Made by a program: the position numbers and the translations under genes | Shown here: one piece after another, positions 37,592 to 48,100 of the stretch | How positions within the stretch are numbered: the stretch's first letter is position 1 | Layout: each line of letters begins with the position of its first letter | The notes under the pieces: generated by a model | The model's database searches: none | Seen by the model: only the letters and a program-made list of their open reading frames with translations | What the model was told of the DNA's origin: nothing | Assembly (NCBI GenBank): GCA_041640035.1 | Contig: JBEQBC010000003.1 | Coordinates: 32,001 to 96,000, forward strand | Direction of reading: 5' to 3' | Source: Candidatus Nanohaloarchaea archaeon | GTDB lineage: Archaea; Nanohalarchaeota; Nanosalinia; Nanosalinales; Nanosalinaceae | Length of the DNA stretch: 64,000 nt

Positions 37592-39655
37592 TTACTTAAT
37601 CAAACTTCCTACATCCATCTCCTGATCTGTATCCAGAAGTGATACATTTCCTTCTTCGTCTTCAGCTGCCAGCATCATACATTCACTGACTTCTCCACGC
37701 AGCTCTGCAGGCTCAAGGTTAGCCAGTACAACTACTTTCCGTCCCTCGAGTTCCTCTTTATTGTAGTGGTTCTTCAGTCCTGCACAGGTCTGCAAGGTGG
37801 TTCCGCCCACATCTACCTGTACTTTATACAGTTTATCTGCGTTCGGATGCTCTTCTACTTCAAGAACCTGACCTACACGGATATCCATGTCTCCGAACTC
37901 CTCAAAGCTGACGGTATCTGTGTTCAGCTCTGTTTCTTCCTCAATCTCTTCTTCCTCCTGTTCTACATCGATCTTCTCGAACAGGATCTCTCTTTCACCT
38001 AGTTCTGAGCCACCTGCGATTCCGCCGATGAGCGCATCCGTGAACTCGCTGTCACCTTCCTCTGTATGGATTTCGGTTTGAAGCATCTCCTGGATCTTCT
38101 CGGATGTATCCGGCGTGAAAGGATACATCGTGACGGCCAGTCCTCTGATTATCTGGATCGAGACCTGTATTACCGGTTCTCTTCTCTCCTCATTGTTCCA
38201 TGGTTCTTCCTCGCTCAAGTAACGGTCTCCGAGCCGTGCGAGTTCAAGTGCTTTGTCCAGTGCTTCACGCAGTTCATGTCTCTCGAAAGCGTCCTGATAA
38301 TCGTCGATTATGTCTTCTGCTTCGCTGATTATCTCTCTGTCCTCATATTCGAGTTCTGCGGCCGGTACCTTATTGTCGAACCATTTCTCTGACAGGCTGA
38401 GAGTCCGGTTGACGAAGTTTCCGACTGTGTCGTTGAGTACATTATTGATTGTGGATTCAAAGTCGTCCCATGAGAACTTGGTATCGTGATCCTCCGGAAT
38501 GTTCTTCGCCAGATAGAAACGCCAGTAATCCGGTGGATGCATGTCCAGTGCATCCTCTGTACGCAGTCCTTTTCCACGGGATTTAGAGAACTTGGTATCC
38601 TCGGCCAAGAGGTACTGCTGAATGAACTCGTAATGCGGCAGTGCGTAGTCCTTCTCCTCTGTGGAGCTCCCAATCAGCATAGAAGGCCAGATAACTGTAT
38701 GGAACACTGTGTTGTCCTTCCCGATGGAGTAGTACACATCCGCGTCACCGGTCCAGTAATCCGTCCACTCATCGTCATCCTCGAAAAGTTCACGGGTAAA
38801 GCCGATGTAACCAATCGGAGCATCAAACCAGACATACAAGACTTTATCGCTATAACGCTCCTGGTCCAATTTCTGGACCTCTACGCCTTCTTCTTCGATC
38901 CGTTCGTTTACTCTTTCTACTGGTATATCGAATCCCCAGTCTATATCACGGGTGATACAGCGGTCCTCAAGCTCATCTATAGTATTCATAACCTCTTTCT
39001 TGCTTGAGTCAGGGATCGGTTGTGGATCGGCGTCTTCCAGCCAGTCACGTAGTTCATCCTCGAACTGAGGTAAATCCAGGAAGAGATGTGTGGTTTCCTT
39101 GAACTCTACATCGTTTCCGCCACATATCTGGCATTCGATTTCGTCCAGTTCTTCCGGTTCAACCAGTTTTCCGCAGTCGTCGCACTGGTCTCCTCGGGCT
39201 AGTCCGCCGCAGTGCGGGCAGGTTCCTTCTATGTACCGGTCTGGTAGGAATCTTTCGTCGTTGTTGCAGTATGCTAGTGTTTGTTCTTTTTCTTTGATGT
39301 ACCCGTTCAGGTACAGTTCTGTGAACATGTCGTGTGTCTGTTTCTTGTTGTATTCGCTGTGTGTCTCGGAGTAGATGTCGAAATCCATGTTGAAGTCGTT
39401 GAGTACTTTTTTGACTTTCTCATGGTTCTTCTCTTTCAGTTCTTCGACATCCATTCCCTGTTCAAGTGCTTCTAGCTCTAGAGGTGTACCGTGGACATCG
39501 CTTCCACATACGAACCGGTGGTCTGTGCCTTTCAGATCGTTGTATCTGTTGAATATATCAGCTGGAAGCAGGCTTCCTACAATATTTCCTAGATGTGGTA
39601 CTCCGTGGATATACGGTAGTGCAGAAGTAATCGTAACTTTTTGGTCGTCAGTAAT
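37592..39655 (-). CDS. metG: Methionine--tRNA ligase with C-terminal tRNA-binding domain, non-canonical start (ATT 39655 or ATA 39658)
   Basis: The frame extends upstream of ATG 39454 to ITSALPYIHGVPHLGN (HIGH) and GSDVHG. Also Zn knuckles, YVWFDAPIGY, KFSKS and a Trbp/OB tail. Confidence 0.93.
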   Translation of the reverse strand: MTDDQKVTITSALPYIHGVPHLGNIVGSLLPADIFNRYNDLKGTDHRFVCGSDVHGTPLELEALEQGMDVEELKEKNHEKVKKVLNDFNMDFDIYSETHSEYNKKQTHDMFTELYLNGYIKEKEQTLAYCNNDERFLPDRYIEGTCPHCGGLARGDQCDDCGKLVEPEELDEIECQICGGNDVEFKETTHLFLDLPQFEDELRDWLEDADPQPIPDSSKKEVMNTIDELEDRCITRDIDWGFDIPVERVNERIEEEGVEVQKLDQERYSDKVLYVWFDAPIGYIGFTRELFEDDDEWTDYWTGDADVYYSIGKDNTVFHTVIWPSMLIGSSTEEKDYALPHYEFIQQYLLAEDTKFSKSRGKGLRTEDALDMHPPDYWRFYLAKNIPEDHDTKFSWDDFESTINNVLNDTVGNFVNRTLSLSEKWFDNKVPAAELEYEDREIISEAEDIIDDYQDAFERHELREALDKALELARLGDRYLSEEEPWNNEERREPVIQVSIQIIRGLAVTMYPFTPDTSEKIQEMLQTEIHTEEGDSEFTDALIGGIAGGSELGEREILFEKIDVEQEEEEIEEETELNTDTVSFEEFGDMDIRVGQVLEVEEHPNADKLYKVQVDVGGTTLQTCAGLKNHYNKEELEGRKVVVLANLEPAELRGEVSECMMLAAEDEEGNVSLLDTDQEMDVGSLIK

Positions 39656-39663
39656 TATTGGTA

Positions 39664-39669
39664 CACCTC
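39664..39669 (-). promoter_or_regulatory. Shine-Dalgarno GAGGTG for metG
   Basis: GAGGTG lies 5 nt before ATA and 8 nt before ATT. TTTAAA box at about 39695-39700. Confidence 0.6.
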
Positions 39670-39717
39670 TACCACAGATTTCAAGTTCTGAAGCTTTAAA
39701 GTCTAATCCGCCGACCT

Positions 39718-40488
39718 TTAGACGATCCTGCGCTTCAAACGGTTCAGGTTTGACAACCCGAAATCAGGCTCCTCCATGCCCTCAAGGTCGGAAAGCTCAT
39801 CGCGACTTAACTCTCCTGTCATGATGGCAGCGGTCTTCAGACCAAGCCGGTTACCTAGTTCGACATCAACCTTTCTGTCTCCTACAAGTAGTGTTTTCTC
39901 GTTGAAGTAGCTGAAGTACCTTTTGAAGTACCGTCTGAAAACAGGTGAAGGCTTACCGATATTCTGAGGCTCTGCGTACTCCGATAAAGCGTTGTTCACT
40001 GCTTTCTGGTGAGGCATAGCTTTTTTCGAAGTATGGAAAGTTCTTTCTGTACTGCAGACATACAGGTCGCCGCCTTCATCAAGTATATTGAAAGCTCTAC
40101 GCAGTTTATCATAGTTGAACTGACGGTCAAAACCTACTACAACTGTATCAGCCTCATCACTTACACGGATATCCTCGTCCTCCAGTTCATCGATCAAACC
40201 GGATTCGCCGATCACATAAGCTTCGTTAACATCTTCTTCTGCTAGTTTCTGAGCTGCAACATAACCAGAGGTAATGACATCTTCTTTATCGGTATCTAGT
40301 CCCATAGAGGTCAGTTTCTCTGCGTATCCTTGTCTGGAAAGTCTTGTATTATCTGTAAAGTATTTTACATCGATATCGCTGCTTTTTAGGCTTTGAATCA
40401 CTTCATCTGCTGGGAACACAAAGTCGTCCCAGTTCCAGACTGTCCTGTCCAGATCCAGAAAAACTGTTCTCAGTTCGTTGAAATCCAT
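39718..40488 (-). CDS. HAD-IIA (NagD-like) hydrolase
   Basis: FLDLDRT, FTDNT, IGKPS, VGDR..D. Confidence 0.88.
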   Translation of the reverse strand: MDFNELRTVFLDLDRTVWNWDDFVFPADEVIQSLKSSDIDVKYFTDNTRLSRQGYAEKLTSMGLDTDKEDVITSGYVAAQKLAEEDVNEAYVIGESGLIDELEDEDIRVSDEADTVVVGFDRQFNYDKLRRAFNILDEGGDLYVCSTERTFHTSKKAMPHQKAVNNALSEYAEPQNIGKPSPVFRRYFKRYFSYFNEKTLLVGDRKVDVELGNRLGLKTAAIMTGELSRDELSDLEGMEEPDFGLSNLNRLKRRIV

Positions 40489-40603
40489 GCATACAAATTG
40501 GAGGTGAAATCTAATAATGGTTGAGTTAGTCCGAATACATGGTACAGCAGTCTAAAACCTTCAGCCTCTCTTTTATTTGAAGAAGAAGAATACTAAACCT
40601 GAG

Positions 40604-43126
40604 ATGAACTGCAAAAAAATCTTTGTTCTCATCTTACTAATCCTGATGTCCTCTCAAGTTATGGGTTACACTAACTGGGACGGCGGAGAGCCAAATGATG
40701 CAGGAGATGGAGAGGACTGCGCTGAGGCGAACTGGAACGGTGACAGATGGAATGATATCGGCTGTAATGATGATCATCCAGGCATATGTGAGTATCAAGA
40801 TGGTACATATGATACTACTTCTTCGATGGACTTCTCTGCGGCACGTAATGAGTGCCAGTCTCGAGGAGGACATCTCGTAGTCATGAATAGTGCGAGCGAA
40901 AACGACTACATATACAATAATTTCGGTAACGGTTGGCTGGGCTATTATCAGCCACCAGGTTCTTCAGAACCGGCCGGAGGCTGGACCTGGGTAGAAACTA
41001 ACGAACCTCCTGTCATCAATCCGGATGGTAACACAGATAATGATCCAAATCCGGCAGAGGTCACGGGAACCAGTCCCAGTAATGGTCCTAATCCTACTCT
41101 TTCAGTTGATGTTTCTGATCCTAACGATGAACCCTTAAATGTAGAGTTTTACCGTGACTCATCAAGCTGGAACACTGTTCTGTCTGAATCTTTCTCTGGT
41201 GGAACTTCCGGATGGTCCTCAGAGACAGGTAATCTAGAAACAAGAACCTCTTCAAATGGTGATCAGTGGCTAGCACCGCAATGCACCACCGCTGTACAGA
41301 CTAACAGAATATCCGAAACAATAAATGATGGTGGAATGACTTATGACCGTGTGAGATATGATGTTGAGGTAGGGGCTCTTGACAGTTGGGATAATGAGTA
41401 TCTAAGATTGCAGTTGAAGACTGATGGCTCGTGGACCACGGTAGAGTCAAGAACGCCTCACTACGGTGGAAGCGAAGCCTTCCCCGATATGCAGTGTTAT
41501 AATGATTTTGACAGTCCTGGAAGATACAGTTTCACTGGTGAGATATCTACAGACGATATATCGGGAGTTAGAGTGTTGACAGGCTTGAATCAGGATGACG
41601 ATGATGAATCTGTCGCAATAAATAATGTGGATATCGAAGTCAGAAGAACTCAGACGCTTATAGGTACTGATGGATCTGTTGATGGAGCAGGAGATGTAGC
41701 AACTCAAGAATGGAACGGTTTAACATGTGGTGCATCATATGACTGGTTCGTTAAAGCTATAGAAGAAGATGGTGAAGCCTCCACCACCAGTAATGTCTGG
41801 AGCTTCGATGTAGACTGTAACGAGCCTCCTCAAATCTCAATTGTAGAGCCTGCCGAATCCACAGATACAGGCCTAGTAACTTCTACATCCCCTCAATTAA
41901 GGTTATCAGTCTCTGATCCAGACGACTCAAGTCTCGATGTAACATTCTATGATAACGACGGAAATGTGATTGAAACGAAAAATGATGTATACTCTGATGT
42001 CAATGCAGAATGGACTGGTCTCACGAAGGGAAATCAATACTCGTGGTCTGCTGAAGTCTGTGATGACGGAGGCGAATGTGATACATCCTCCACAGCAACT
42101 TTCACAGTAAACACCCCTCCAGAGGAACCTGAGTCACCAAATCCGAGTGACGGTGTTGAGGGAATCGATCACAACTCAGTCACCCTCTCCTCATATGTTG
42201 AAGATCGGGACGGCGACAACATGCAAGTTACCTTCTCAGGAGATTCTGGAACAGATTCTTTCTCGAAGTCTACTGATGTTTCAGGCTCTGGAACTGCTTC
42301 GGTTTCTGTCACCGGGCTTCAGCCAGGTACGCAGTATGACTGGGATGTAACCGTGGAGGACGAACATGGAGCCTCCACAACAGGTGAAACTTGGAGCTTC
42401 ACCACTAACTATTTGCCCGCTATAAGAAATCCTCAACCGCAGAACGGAGGATTCATCAGTTCTGATTCTGTTGACCTCAGTGTTGATGTTTCGGACGATG
42501 ATGGAGATATGACTAATGTCCGGATCTATGATGATTCCGGCGCTCAGATCGGAAGTGGTTCAACTTCTGACGGATCTGAGGTCACTGTTGATGCGGATTA
42601 TACAGGGTTGACATATGGAGAGACCTATGATTGGACTGTTGAAGCAGAGGATGCTTACGGTACCAACTCGAAGACATTCAGTTTCAATGTGATAGGCGGT
42701 GGAAGCTTCCGGACTGAATCGGGTATAGACTACGAGTACAGTTCTGTGGTGAAGTCAGGCAGTCAGACACGATTCATCGAATACGAGGTCACGAACAGGA
42801 ATGTGAATGATAAGGAACTGGAGACAGGTATTTCAGGTCCTGAAGCCTCTTTCTCTCAGTACTCTGGCGATACACATGCCTATACTTTGGGAGGTGGCGA
42901 GACGAAGACTTTCAGAATCCAGATTACGGAAAGCCAGCCAGGCGACTATGATTTACAGGTTGTAACCGAGAACCAGGAGCTCGGTATTCAAAATGCAGAT
43001 ACTATACCGGTACTGGTTCGAGAATACCCGGCTTCCGGTGTTGAACGGGTCCCGGGTATAGGGATGCTTCATGTCGTGATACTGATTGCCAGCGGCTTAG
43101 TGATAACTGTTTTCGGATCTGTGTAA
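40604..43126 (+). CDS. Cell-surface protein: permuted C-type lectin, inserted beta-sandwich, Ig/FN3-like repeats, C-terminal VPG+TM anchor
   Basis: Signal peptide, EPN/WND lectin motifs, repeated VSDPD...L.V.F...W.GL..G..Y.W units, ERVPG + TM. Confidence 0.85.
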   Translation: MNCKKIFVLILLILMSSQVMGYTNWDGGEPNDAGDGEDCAEANWNGDRWNDIGCNDDHPGICEYQDGTYDTTSSMDFSAARNECQSRGGHLVVMNSASENDYIYNNFGNGWLGYYQPPGSSEPAGGWTWVETNEPPVINPDGNTDNDPNPAEVTGTSPSNGPNPTLSVDVSDPNDEPLNVEFYRDSSSWNTVLSESFSGGTSGWSSETGNLETRTSSNGDQWLAPQCTTAVQTNRISETINDGGMTYDRVRYDVEVGALDSWDNEYLRLQLKTDGSWTTVESRTPHYGGSEAFPDMQCYNDFDSPGRYSFTGEISTDDISGVRVLTGLNQDDDDESVAINNVDIEVRRTQTLIGTDGSVDGAGDVATQEWNGLTCGASYDWFVKAIEEDGEASTTSNVWSFDVDCNEPPQISIVEPAESTDTGLVTSTSPQLRLSVSDPDDSSLDVTFYDNDGNVIETKNDVYSDVNAEWTGLTKGNQYSWSAEVCDDGGECDTSSTATFTVNTPPEEPESPNPSDGVEGIDHNSVTLSSYVEDRDGDNMQVTFSGDSGTDSFSKSTDVSGSGTASVSVTGLQPGTQYDWDVTVEDEHGASTTGETWSFTTNYLPAIRNPQPQNGGFISSDSVDLSVDVSDDDGDMTNVRIYDDSGAQIGSGSTSDGSEVTVDADYTGLTYGETYDWTVEAEDAYGTNSKTFSFNVIGGGSFRTESGIDYEYSSVVKSGSQTRFIEYEVTNRNVNDKELETGISGPEASFSQYSGDTHAYTLGGGETKTFRIQITESQPGDYDLQVVTENQELGIQNADTIPVLVREYPASGVERVPGIGMLHVVILIASGLVITVFGSV

Positions 43127-43163
43127 ACGATTTAAGTTAGAGACCTCTAAATTCATTAATAGA

Positions 43164-43592
43164 ATGACGGAGAATGAGGAAGTGGAGAAATCTTTCGCAG
43201 AAAAATTTAATTTCTTGACTCGCTTTGACAAACGAGACTATGCGATAGGTTTTCTAACTGCTTTACTTATCGCCAGTCTTGGCCTGAATGTTTTTCAGAT
43301 GCATGGTGATTCGGATAAATATGTAGAACCGGAAGAAGCAGGTAATCTAACTGTGAATGCTGTAAATGATAATATACTGTATCCTTCACCGAACAATGTT
43401 ACTGCGACTCTTGTGAATGTGACTGAAGATGATCAGTACGGTTTAGATAACTTCTACCGTGTCAGGATGAATGTAACCAATCCTGCCGGCAGCCAGATAA
43501 CAAGTGTATATACCAAGAAAGATGGTTCAGTTGCGTTCCTGCAGTTCCCACGGAGATTAAGCGGAAGCTTTGAAGAAGGGAGGTATCACTGA
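43164..43592 (+). CDS. Membrane-anchored hypothetical protein (DsbC N-terminal-like end)
   Basis: Single TM, FYRV......SVYTKKDG..F pattern. Confidence 0.55.
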   Translation: MTENEEVEKSFAEKFNFLTRFDKRDYAIGFLTALLIASLGLNVFQMHGDSDKYVEPEEAGNLTVNAVNDNILYPSPNNVTATLVNVTEDDQYGLDNFYRVRMNVTNPAGSQITSVYTKKDGSVAFLQFPRRLSGSFEEGRYH

Positions 43593-44128
43593 TGAACTGG
43601 AAGATACCGATATTAACCTTGATTCTGGTTATCGGGGGGACAGCAGGTTACTACGAATTCTTCGGAGACAGCGAAACCTATGAAGGGGTAACGGAGATGG
43701 TGCCAATCGTAGGAGACCAGGAACCAGAGAACAAGATGTATGTTTCTTATACTGGTTCTGAAGAGTACGGAGATATTCAGGTGACTCCAGAGTACCTTAA
43801 ACTAGCTAACTCGACTACGGGAGATGTGCAGAGAACTTATGATGGTGTAAACGAGACATTTTCTCTCAGTGAACTGGATAGAACACCTGTTTTCAGCTTT
43901 CCAGCTTTTGAAGAGTACGATATACTGGTCAGCTTTGATGTAAATGATCCTCAGAACAGATCACTGCTTTACAACGAACTGAATCAGATGAGGTACAGGA
44001 ATTCGATTGACTTTGGTTCTCGTGACAGTTTCAACATCACAGTTGATGTGAAAGGAGCTGAAACCGGTGATCAGCTTGTCTACTCCCCTGAACTTGATTA
44101 TCAAAGTCCTTCAAGAGACTTCAACTGA
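43592..44128 (+). CDS. Hypothetical exported protein
   Basis: N-terminal hydrophobic segment, acidic beta-rich body. Confidence 0.65.
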   Translation: MNWKIPILTLILVIGGTAGYYEFFGDSETYEGVTEMVPIVGDQEPENKMYVSYTGSEEYGDIQVTPEYLKLANSTTGDVQRTYDGVNETFSLSELDRTPVFSFPAFEEYDILVSFDVNDPQNRSLLYNELNQMRYRNSIDFGSRDSFNITVDVKGAETGDQLVYSPELDYQSPSRDFN

Positions 44129-45070
44129 ATGAATTCCTTCTATAACCGCTGTTTTATCGAGAGCGAATTCAGAATTCTTAATCAGGTACAAGCGAGATTT
44201 CTCGATATCTCCAGCTACCAGATATTCGCTGTTCTTATCCAATAGACTGGTGAAGTAAGGTTCGCTTCTTGGCTCTAGAGCAATTTCTTCGACCCTTTCT
44301 CCTCGTTCAAGATCGACTAGGGCTACTTTCCCATCTACCATGTTAGTTACTGCGACTTTATCTTCACTTGTTCTCTGTATACCATGTGGTACAAATGTGG
44401 TTGGGAGCAGAACTGTACTGTTCTCTTTATCTTTGATTTCTGACACAAATCCTTTCGTCACAGTATGTATATGTCCTGAAGTATTGACCTGTAATCTTTT
44501 TCTTCCCGCTACATAGATATTTTTGTTGTTTACAGAGAAAGAGCCCATCCAGCTTCCGGTTTTGATATCTCTTTCAGCCTTTAGATTTTCGTTAAATACT
44601 TGAATGCTGCCGTTTATGTTACCGGCGTAAAGACTGTTCTCTTTATAGATTAGTTGATGAGGGCTTCTTCCGGTCTTTATCTCATCTAGCGTCTCTCCGT
44701 CTCTCGTTATCTTGACTATTTTACCTGAGTTCTCATAAGCAAGGAAAATCGCTTCTTCTGAGACAGCGAAGCCATGAAAACTCTGATTTGAGGAATAAAT
44801 CCTATCCGTATTCTCTTCTACCCTGTAAATCGATGAATTATTACCTGACTGGGTAGAAGCAAATACTGTTTCCTCTGATCTCTTTATTTCATGAACAACG
44901 CCTTCAAGATCTGCTATCTGACTGGTCTCACCTCCTTCAAAAGATACTATCCTTCCATCATCTGTCCCAGCCAGTATATCTTCTTCACTACTTGGAGCAA
45001 CTGAAAGTAAACCCAGTACCACAGTCAGAGCTGTTAAGGATGAGATCAGAATCTTACTGCGTCTTTCCAT
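44111..45070 (-). CDS. Exported beta-propeller protein (YncE/YVTN-like)
   Basis: Signal/TM, repeated blades (TGRSPHQL, VPHGI, GKVALVD). Confidence 0.65.
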   Translation of the reverse strand: MERRSKILISSLTALTVVLGLLSVAPSSEEDILAGTDDGRIVSFEGGETSQIADLEGVVHEIKRSEETVFASTQSGNNSSIYRVEENTDRIYSSNQSFHGFAVSEEAIFLAYENSGKIVKITRDGETLDEIKTGRSPHQLIYKENSLYAGNINGSIQVFNENLKAERDIKTGSWMGSFSVNNKNIYVAGRKRLQVNTSGHIHTVTKGFVSEIKDKENSTVLLPTTFVPHGIQRTSEDKVAVTNMVDGKVALVDLERGERVEEIALEPRSEPYFTSLLDKNSEYLVAGDIEKSRLYLIKNSEFALDKTAVIEGIHSVEVS

Positions 45071-45128
45071 CTATCTACTGTATAGGACAGGGTCACCAAT
45101 AAAAGCTAGATTTAAGAAGTATTTACCA

Positions 45129-48100
45129 ATGCGGTTGAAACTATCCGTTTACACCTTGATTTTTCTAGCACTTTTATCTGCCGCAGTATCTCATCCCAGC
45201 GGTGACACTGGTTCAAACGGTTACACTGTTTCAGACGATGCTATTGAAAGCTCTGTAGATTTTACTGATCTTGAACAGGAATGGAAGTACACTCAGGAAA
45301 TCAACATGCAGCAGAACTGGGACGGCAACCTGGCGTGGGAGGGAACACACAAGGTCTTCTCAGTGCAGGTCAACACGAAGAAACTTATTGAGGAAGGTAA
45401 GATGAGGGAGGACTGCGCGGACCTCAGAATGTCCTGGAACGAGAAAATAGTGCCTTCCAGAGTCCAGGCAGGTGACTGCGGTTCAGAGGATACATGGGTA
45501 TACTTTTCAAACGCCAGAGAAGACAGAGAAATGCTTTTCGACCCACAGAAAGAAGTAGAATCGATTAAATTATACTACGGTAACTCCGATCCCGGCAGAA
45601 GACATGAATCCGTATCTCCCTCAAATGATAACCAAGCGACCTATGTGCATCCTGAAGGTCCTATCGAGATGTACTACGGAACACATCAGACCACAACATA
45701 TGTCAATGACGATACTGACATGACCAACGAAGGGGTTTCAGGAGGAGAAGGTTACCAGACCTGGGAAGTTGATTTCCAGAGCAGTAGCTATGGAGATCAA
45801 CCACCAGACTTCATCAGCATATCAGACAACGACGGGAACCGTGCAACCGTGGATAGTCCTGGTGATTCGTACACTATAAACGGAAATGATTACAACTGGA
45901 TAGATGAAGGAGAGCCAATATCTGTCTATTTCGAAGTGTGGGATGTTGAATCCTCAACTGTTACGAATGACTGGCCTGTCACTAATAGGGCACCTAATCA
46001 GCCTAGTAATCCTGATCCTGCGGAGACCACAGGTACCTCTCCTGTCTACAGTACTTCTCCAATGCTCAATATAGATGTATCCGATCCTGACAGCTCGGAT
46101 GATCTGAATGTTGATTTCTTCAGCGGGATTTCAGAGACATGGAACTTCGGTACATGCGGCTCAACAGGAAGCAGCGGTCCTTCCCAGAGCCAGTGTGACT
46201 CATCTTATTCGGGAACTACTTTGGATGGACAGGTAAATATAGTGAATCCGGGTATTCAGGAATGGACAGTTCCTCGTGATGGAGTTTACAGGATAAGAGC
46301 AGCGGGTGCAGAAGGAGGCCTGGGAGATGGCGCAGTTATGCAAGGAAAATTCAACCTGAATCAAGGACAGACAATACAGATACTAGTAGGTCAGCAGGGA
46401 TCAAATGACGGAGGATCTGGAGGCTCTTTCGTAGCAACCGGAGGCTCCCATACATCAGCTAATCCACTGGTTGTCGCTGGTGGAGGAGCTGGAGGAGATC
46501 AGAGCTACCAAAGCTACACAGATGGTTCAGACAGTACACCTGGCGAGGACTCCCAGAACTCAGGCGGAGGAAACAATGGATATGGTGGAGGTGCTGGTGA
46601 CGGAGGAGGTGGAGGAGGCTTCTACGGTGACGGTGCTGACGGTACAGCCGGTCCAGGAGGATTCGCCTTCAGAAACGGTGGCTCGGGAGCCACTAATGGA
46701 AATACCGCTGGTGGTTTCGGTGGTGGAGGAGCTACCGAAGACGGCGGTGACGAAGCCGGTGGAGCAGGTGGATACTCTGGTGGAGCCGGAGCAGACGATG
46801 GATCAAATAATGGAGAAAATGAGATAGCTGCTGGAGGAGGAAGCTTTATAGACTCCTCAGCTAATTCAGCAGCCACTCATACCGGCAGCTTTGGCGATAG
46901 CTCTACTAATGATAACGGTTACTCTGGAACAGTAGATGATCTCGGCGGTATGAATACTGGACAGGGATATGTAACTATTGAGGCAGAAGGCCGGCAGCTA
47001 GGAGAGGATAACAATGTTGGAAACGGTAACACAGCACAGTTCGAATGGAGTGGTTTGACTGAAGGTCAGACATATGAGTGGTCAGCTAGAGCTTGTGACC
47101 CAAGTGGGCTGTGCACTACATCTCCTTCCTACAGTTTTGATGTGAGTGAGGGTCCTCGTCAACCTGATAATCCTGATCCTGCGGATGGAGATACTGTGTA
47201 TGCTCCTTCCGGTGATGTGAGTCTTTCAGCCAGGTACAGACATACAGGCGGTACTTCAGGAGAGCCTGGAACATTAACTTTCTACAATCAAGATGGTTCT
47301 CAGATCGGTAGCTGCCAGGCAGATCACAACGAAAGATGTTCCGTTAATAAGAATGTGAATAATGGCCAGAGGTATGACTGGTATGTGGTAGCGGAGTATA
47401 ATGGTCAGACAGCAACTAGCTCCGACTGGTACTTTAGAACAAATACCCCTCCAGATCAGCCTAATAATCCATCACCTACGGATGGGGCTTCCTCTGTTGA
47501 TTACAACAGTGTAACTCTGACAGCTGATGTAAATGATGCTGACGGGGATGATATGGATGTTACATTCAGTGGTAGTTCGCCATCCGATTCTTTCAGTGAG
47601 ACGACAACTGTGTCCGGAAGCGGTGAAGCACAGGTAACTGTAAACAATCTAGCTGAAGGAGAATCCTATGACTGGACTGCTGAAGCGGAGGATGTGTACG
47701 GTGCGACTACGACCAGTGACACATGGATTTTCACTACTAATTATCTTCCTACGATCGATAATCCGGAACCTCAGGATGGTGCGTACTTGAGTTCGGATGA
47801 GACTGAACTGAATATTGATGTCTCGGACTTTGACGGCGATATGACCAATGTCCGTATTTACGATGAATCAGGTGCTCAGATCGGAAGCGGATCAACATCT
47901 GACGGATCAGAAGTTACAGTGGATGCAGATTATACAGGACTAAGTTACGGTAATACCTATGATTGGACGGTTGAGGCCGAGGATGCATACGGTACTAATT
48001 CTCGTACCTTCAGTTTCAGCGTGATAGGAGGAGCAAGTTTCAGAACTACATCTGGAATTGATTACGAGTACAGTTCTGTGGTGAAGTCAGGTGGCCAGAC

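Noticed and set aside
37592-39454. metG as a 5'-truncated pseudogene or frameshift
   Set aside because: The missing N-terminus with the HIGH motif is intact and in frame upstream. Only the start codon is unusual.
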